In this document: piece after piece, positions 45,701-48,539 of the stretch
Position numbering within the stretch: position 1 is the stretch's first letter
Layout of the letters: each line of letters starts with the position of its first letter
Virus record (IMG/VR): IMGVR_UViG_3300024520_000006
Span: 1-48,539 of that record
Source: a virus
Strand: one strand, 5' to 3'
DNA length: 48,539 nucleotides
The notes under the pieces: model-generated
The model's input: the letters and a program-made list of their open reading frames with translations, nothing else
What the model was told of the DNA's origin: nothing
Database searches by the model: none
Translations under genes and position numbers: made by a program

Positions 45701-47746
45701 TTACTAGACGATACTGTAGAGGCTGTAAAAGACGCTGGACGGAAGTGGCTCAAGACTTCAGACGGTAGAGAGTACGCCACTCGTATGCCATGGCGAGAGG
45801 GTAACACCACCAAATGGGTTGATGATGTGGATGAACTCATTGATTATTACACGGTGGGCTATAACGAGGATCTCATTGATGGAGCCCTCAATAACAAGGT
45901 GACCGAATCCATGCTTTCCTCTGTGGATGAAGCATTGCGCCCTGAGACCATCCATGCTGAGATTGTAGATCAGACCCTCGGTAATAGTGAGGTTATTAAA
46001 CTCATGAGGGAAACATTATCTACCTCATTCGATTTGTATGGTAGGCTACCTACTGATACCTTGAGTCGCCAGCCATTCTTTAAGCATGTGTATGCCGCAG
46101 AGATGAAGCGGCAACGTAACCTCCTTGCCTCTCAAGGTGTAGACGTATTGGACGAGGCTGTAGTAGCCTCAATGGCTACACAGTCTAGAGCCTTTGCTCT
46201 ACAGCAGGTGAATGAGTACCTTTATAACTTAGCCGAAGCTAGTAGGTTCGCTGATAACCTCAAATTTATTTTTCCATTCTTTAATGCTTGGGAAGAGGTT
46301 CTTACTGTATGGGGTAAGATTGCTCTCCAAGACCCAAGCGTCATCGGTCGAGCTAAGTTATTGTGGCAAGCCCCTGATAAGGCTGGTCTCATGGTCAAGG
46401 ATGATGAGGGTAATGAATTCATCCAGATACAGATGAGTGAGAAGATGTCGGATAGTTTAGGCCTCACTGGCTGGCAAAAATATCTGGCTGAAGGTGGTAT
46501 GAGGTTTGGTAAGACTACATTTAACCTTATACTCAATAACCCGTTGCCTGGTTTTGGCCCTATTGTTCAAGCTCCAGTGAATGAGATTGTTAAGGATCGA
46601 CCAGACCTTGAAGAATCCCTCAAGTTTATCCTTCCTTATGGTGTTCAGGCCAACTCATTAGACCTGTTACTATCGCCAACCCTCAAGAGACTCCGAGCTT
46701 GGTATGGTGGCCCTGAGGCTGACAAGAGTTATGAAAGTCATTTTGCCAATGTTGCATCATGGATGGACTATGAATATCGTGCAGGTATCCGTAGTGATGC
46801 TCCTACTCTTGATGAAGTACATGGAGCCGCAAGAGCCTTGTTCACAATCCAAACAGTGGCTAATTTTACCTCACCTGCTCAACCTATATTCGATTCACCA
46901 CTGAAGCCATATATAGATATATACCGTGACCTCCAGGAGAACTATGCTAGTGATGCGGATGAGATTTTCATTAACCAGTTTGGTAGTGAATTTATCAGCC
47001 TTACCCTCAGCCGCACTAGTTCTATAACAGGGATCCCGCCTACACTGACAGCCCATGAAGCTAGAGAACCAGTAGAGGCTTTGATTACTAAGTACCCCGA
47101 GTTCGGTAGGTTCATTATCGGTGAGGACTCGGCGACGGGTGAATTTTCCACAGCAGCTTTCGCATGGCAGTTGAGTAATCCTCCCACCGATGATCCTAAG
47201 TTCAGGGATGAAGCTGAGCGTAGGTACCGTATCTTGACCTTGGACCCAGATACTGGTACTATCGAAGAAGCCGACAAGAGGCTTGGATGGACAGAGTATA
47301 TCAAGGCTATGGATATGATTGAAGTGGAGATGAAAACAAGAGGACTTGCTAGCCTTCGTGTTAAGGAAGCCGAACCTCTTGCTGCCCTTAAGCGGCAACT
47401 CACTCAATCTATAGCAGAGAAGTACCCAGCCTGGTGGAGAGACTTCAACCAACGTGATGGTCTCAAGTGGGATACTCGGATTAAGACCTTACGAGATATA
47501 TCCAAATCTCCTGTTATGGATGACAGAGCAGATATGGAAGGTGTTCGCCAATACCTAGATATGAGGTCTACTGTTCAGGCTGAGCTTAATAGGCGAAAGC
47601 AACTTGGAGGATCTGCTACTCTCTCAGCCCAGAGCAATCAAGATATAGCCATCCTGTGGGATTCAATGATATACAGTGTCCTAGCCGATAACATTTCTTT
47701 CTCCCCAATTTACTACCGATATCTGGAAGGTGATCCCGTTGGCTGA
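42740..47746 (+). CDS. 1668-aa giant internal virion/ejection protein candidate, function unknown
   Basis: Uninterrupted 5-kb ORF next to the portal and upstream of the SLT-like protein; I recognised no catalytic motif. Confidence 0.8.
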   Translation: MGWQDRFKKVFEGAADIASAPIGFAIDLARVPLDEEIGLGDPFATGFGQVSEGLEDVFTSTGLATVSGFVKEVTPIDDVIGEVFKQGELIYSNEMQTALGQVPLGLDSVIPGLEPGDASISRVGGAALGGVASLVPGGEEATLDVSNLYKRTEFNSPGQITIGNLFGLWDMPDYQREEVMGGIAFNFSTGVIDAALRWWTQPEILAGKAVKVARARWSPDTARKLTLFQRAYGMDAAVPQWVDEGVESAFDLKITGSRGRSLYTVVRKSELGDATRDRALYLMADEDEALRYASNLYAKNADDAPLLLELDPEDLPVVLDDFSSPSFGPDGFPEQANLITVTDSLGGKVKNARPLSQAELDFTRHLDDVPEHLKPATRLNETLYTPDGQAIEPGDLYHLNDLHTEVMGLKEAYGVGGESGAIKYMQAIRAQKNGGTDLVNYVLGDKKTTMAINDMVGNTADYNRRVYFDNVPGGHVIADLMSNATSYAEGRTILAAAMGLGIQIPDAVTIPPQSLARLKALTQELDDLALGPEVYAKRQMAYHGMMSNKAKMGTADYDILKEAVQEEIDQVYNQMEMANWYDAMSKKAVLDAPPRYSRLTTTRESIRSSNWYQNSSLARPLRSVNQKRPHPWVNVHDTNADVHVVRQMEEAHSLLGETYISSERAGYWREKWMSAVSEQEKVRIAHAMDEEIIEAAARRGGMSKEQIQKALESARSGRTSAGKILASRRYSPDSDTDLVRWYDEGTGETIEMHMPLLGTQLQNWIPLTDVKELNRVSSAVGKWTTRFGSARDVPIELLESFYNVWKPSVLLRGGWPIRVVADEQLRILAKTGSLLHHLAAIEVGEVPQALATFDRGISGGQRLATLFGAPASIGTHVSARAAGTVSRGTQRLRMMDPEFYDDLLDAGTEKLASARAAFNGPNATINQEFELLLGRTESGIFDHLVSKSTGQWSTVSKGSKTYTPAWTRALQDQIGRDPLARVMLEASLLDDTVEAVKDAGRKWLKTSDGREYATRMPWREGNTTKWVDDVDELIDYYTVGYNEDLIDGALNNKVTESMLSSVDEALRPETIHAEIVDQTLGNSEVIKLMRETLSTSFDLYGRLPTDTLSRQPFFKHVYAAEMKRQRNLLASQGVDVLDEAVVASMATQSRAFALQQVNEYLYNLAEASRFADNLKFIFPFFNAWEEVLTVWGKIALQDPSVIGRAKLLWQAPDKAGLMVKDDEGNEFIQIQMSEKMSDSLGLTGWQKYLAEGGMRFGKTTFNLILNNPLPGFGPIVQAPVNEIVKDRPDLEESLKFILPYGVQANSLDLLLSPTLKRLRAWYGGPEADKSYESHFANVASWMDYEYRAGIRSDAPTLDEVHGAARALFTIQTVANFTSPAQPIFDSPLKPYIDIYRDLQENYASDADEIFINQFGSEFISLTLSRTSSITGIPPTLTAHEAREPVEALITKYPEFGRFIIGEDSATGEFSTAAFAWQLSNPPTDDPKFRDEAERRYRILTLDPDTGTIEEADKRLGWTEYIKAMDMIEVEMKTRGLASLRVKEAEPLAALKRQLTQSIAEKYPAWWRDFNQRDGLKWDTRIKTLRDISKSPVMDDRADMEGVRQYLDMRSTVQAELNRRKQLGGSATLSAQSNQDIAILWDSMIYSVLADNISFSPIYYRYLEGDPVG

Positions 47747-48539
47747 TAAGCTAGACCGTATTTTATCTGAACTGGAGTCTGGTAGTGTTCTAGGCATTGA
47801 TGACCTAGAGGTTTTAGCTGAAGCCAATGATGGTAACCCTATTGTGGAGTTCTTGTTTGGCTCAGGTTCAAGTATTGTGGACTCTCTTTCGGATACAGCT
47901 AAGGCTACGTTAGATGAGTCTATTCAGGCACAAGGAGATAAAGGCATAGTAGTTTCTAGAGACTTAGGCCTTGTTTTAGATGAACCATTTTTTGGTGGAC
48001 CGGCTAAAGCCACAATAACTGCTGCAGGTGGAGCTGGCCCGGGAGTAGTGGGAAAAACTGTAAAAGTCACTTCCGCAGCTTCTAATTCTGGCCTTGGTCG
48101 AGCAGTATTCACATGGATGAGAAACCATAAACTTTTAACAGGTTTGGGTATAGCAGGTGCAGGGTTCTGGTCTATAGGGTCTGATGATGATCCTACTACT
48201 CAAGCGGTCCAGACAGCCACTGCACCTGACCAAGATATCCTCGGTGAGCAACCTAACGATTTCATTGTGATAGACCCTGCCACTGGTCAACAGGTACCGT
48301 TAAGTCAGTTGGATCCAGGTCTTAATGCTTCTGTTGGGGTTCAGGAAAGTTTCGGCGGGTCTGGGTCCTTTAGTTCTGAACTTCAGGCTTTTGCCCAAGC
48401 TCAAGGTCTTGATATCTCACAACTAGGTTTAGCATTCGGAGGCATTGAACAAATCAATCCACTGTTCTTCGGGGAACAAAGAGTTAATGAATCAGATTTT
48501 CCATCAGGTGTAGACGTTCGTGGTCAAGCTTTGCCTGAT
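47739..48539 (+). CDS. N-terminal part of the wrap-around ~607-aa SLT-like protein (continues at 111..1133 after collapsing the repeat)
   Basis: Frame is open from the TAG at 47682 to the window end; TTG at 47739 lies behind SD GGAAGGTGA (47725-47733); includes a TM-like segment LLTGLGIAGAGFWSIG. Not in the ORF track because the window has no stop. Confidence 0.75.
   Translation, partial: MADKLDRILSELESGSVLGIDDLEVLAEANDGNPIVEFLFGSGSSIVDSLSDTAKATLDESIQAQGDKGIVVSRDLGLVLDEPFFGGPAKATITAAGGAGPGVVGKTVKVTSAASNSGLGRAVFTWMRNHKLLTGLGIAGAGFWSIGSDDDPTTQAVQTATAPDQDILGEQPNDFIVIDPATGQQVPLSQLDPGLNASVGVQESFGGSGSFSSELQAFAQAQGLDISQLGLAFGGIEQINPLFFGEQRVNESDFPSGVDVRGQALPD
48430..48539. repeat. 110-bp direct terminal repeat, copy 2
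   Basis: Identical to bases 1-110. Confidence 0.95.

Noticed and set aside
47234-47262. TTGACC-17-TACTAT promoter-like match inside the 1668-aa gene
   Set aside because: It lies in coding sequence about 480 nt upstream of the next start. A single 4-5/6 match of this kind is expected by chance in 48 kb, so it is left as unsupported.
1-48539. Searched for integrase/recombinase, repressor-type lysogeny module, transposase, phage RNA polymerase, tape measure, tail tube or sheath, tRNA and CRISPR
   Set aside because: I could not support any of them from motifs or gene sizes. The absences (lytic, podovirus-like, dependent on host RNAP) are inferences from not finding them, not proofs.

Overview
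The window is a complete, circularly closed genome of a tailed dsDNA phage. Bases 1-110 are identical to 48430-48539, so the unique length is 48,429 bp. It looks lytic and podovirus-like: I recognised no tape measure, tail tube, sheath, integrase or phage RNA polymerase. Two divergent arms leave a control region of about 1.1 kb at 31.1-32.3 kb.

Rightward (+) arm, 32254 through the assembly junction to 11612: large terminase with a fused N-terminal HTH, small virion proteins, a beta-helix tailspike, a 1051-aa fibre and the portal. These are followed by a 1668-aa protein and a ~607-aa SLT-like protein that wraps the junction (both likely internal/ejection proteins), then scaffold, HK97-fold major capsid protein, a GT-A glycosyltransferase, tail proteins, an amidase endolysin and holin-like proteins.

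Leftward (-) arm, 32200 to 11604: about 30 tiny early genes, several under 60 aa and absent from the ORF track, chained by ATGA/TAATG overlaps. Then come prim-pol/helicase and SNF2 helicase, followed by a six-gene nucleotide block: Tmk-like kinase, MazG, a divergent ThyA-like protein, a SAM-MTase-fold protein, a dCMP-hydroxymethylase-like ThyA homologue with Asp at the base-selecting position, and dCMP deaminase. After that are a family-A DNA polymerase with a degenerate N-terminal UDG-like domain, a Cas4-like exonuclease, a Sak4-like ATPase, an SSB-like protein with a giant acidic tail, and a VRR-NUC nuclease.

Most interesting candidates:
1. The nucleotide block looks like a T4-style cytosine-replacement pathway with two extra unassigned enzymes, so the virion DNA may carry a hypermodified pyrimidine.
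2. A portable SD-ATG junction cassette recurs about 9 times in the early region, including two in-frame copies that look like fusion scars.
3. A ~22-aa repeat is shared by three adjacent tail genes.
4. Dense GGCC and GCTAGC site arrays sit in the control region.
5. Several sigma70-like promoters are present, two of them giving near-leaderless starts.

I saw no tRNA, rRNA, CRISPR array or transposable element. Every functional call rests on motif recognition by eye and on reference sequences recalled from memory; nothing was verified by a database search. The host is unknown. PAKK-type basic tails and leaderless starts hint weakly at Actinobacteria.
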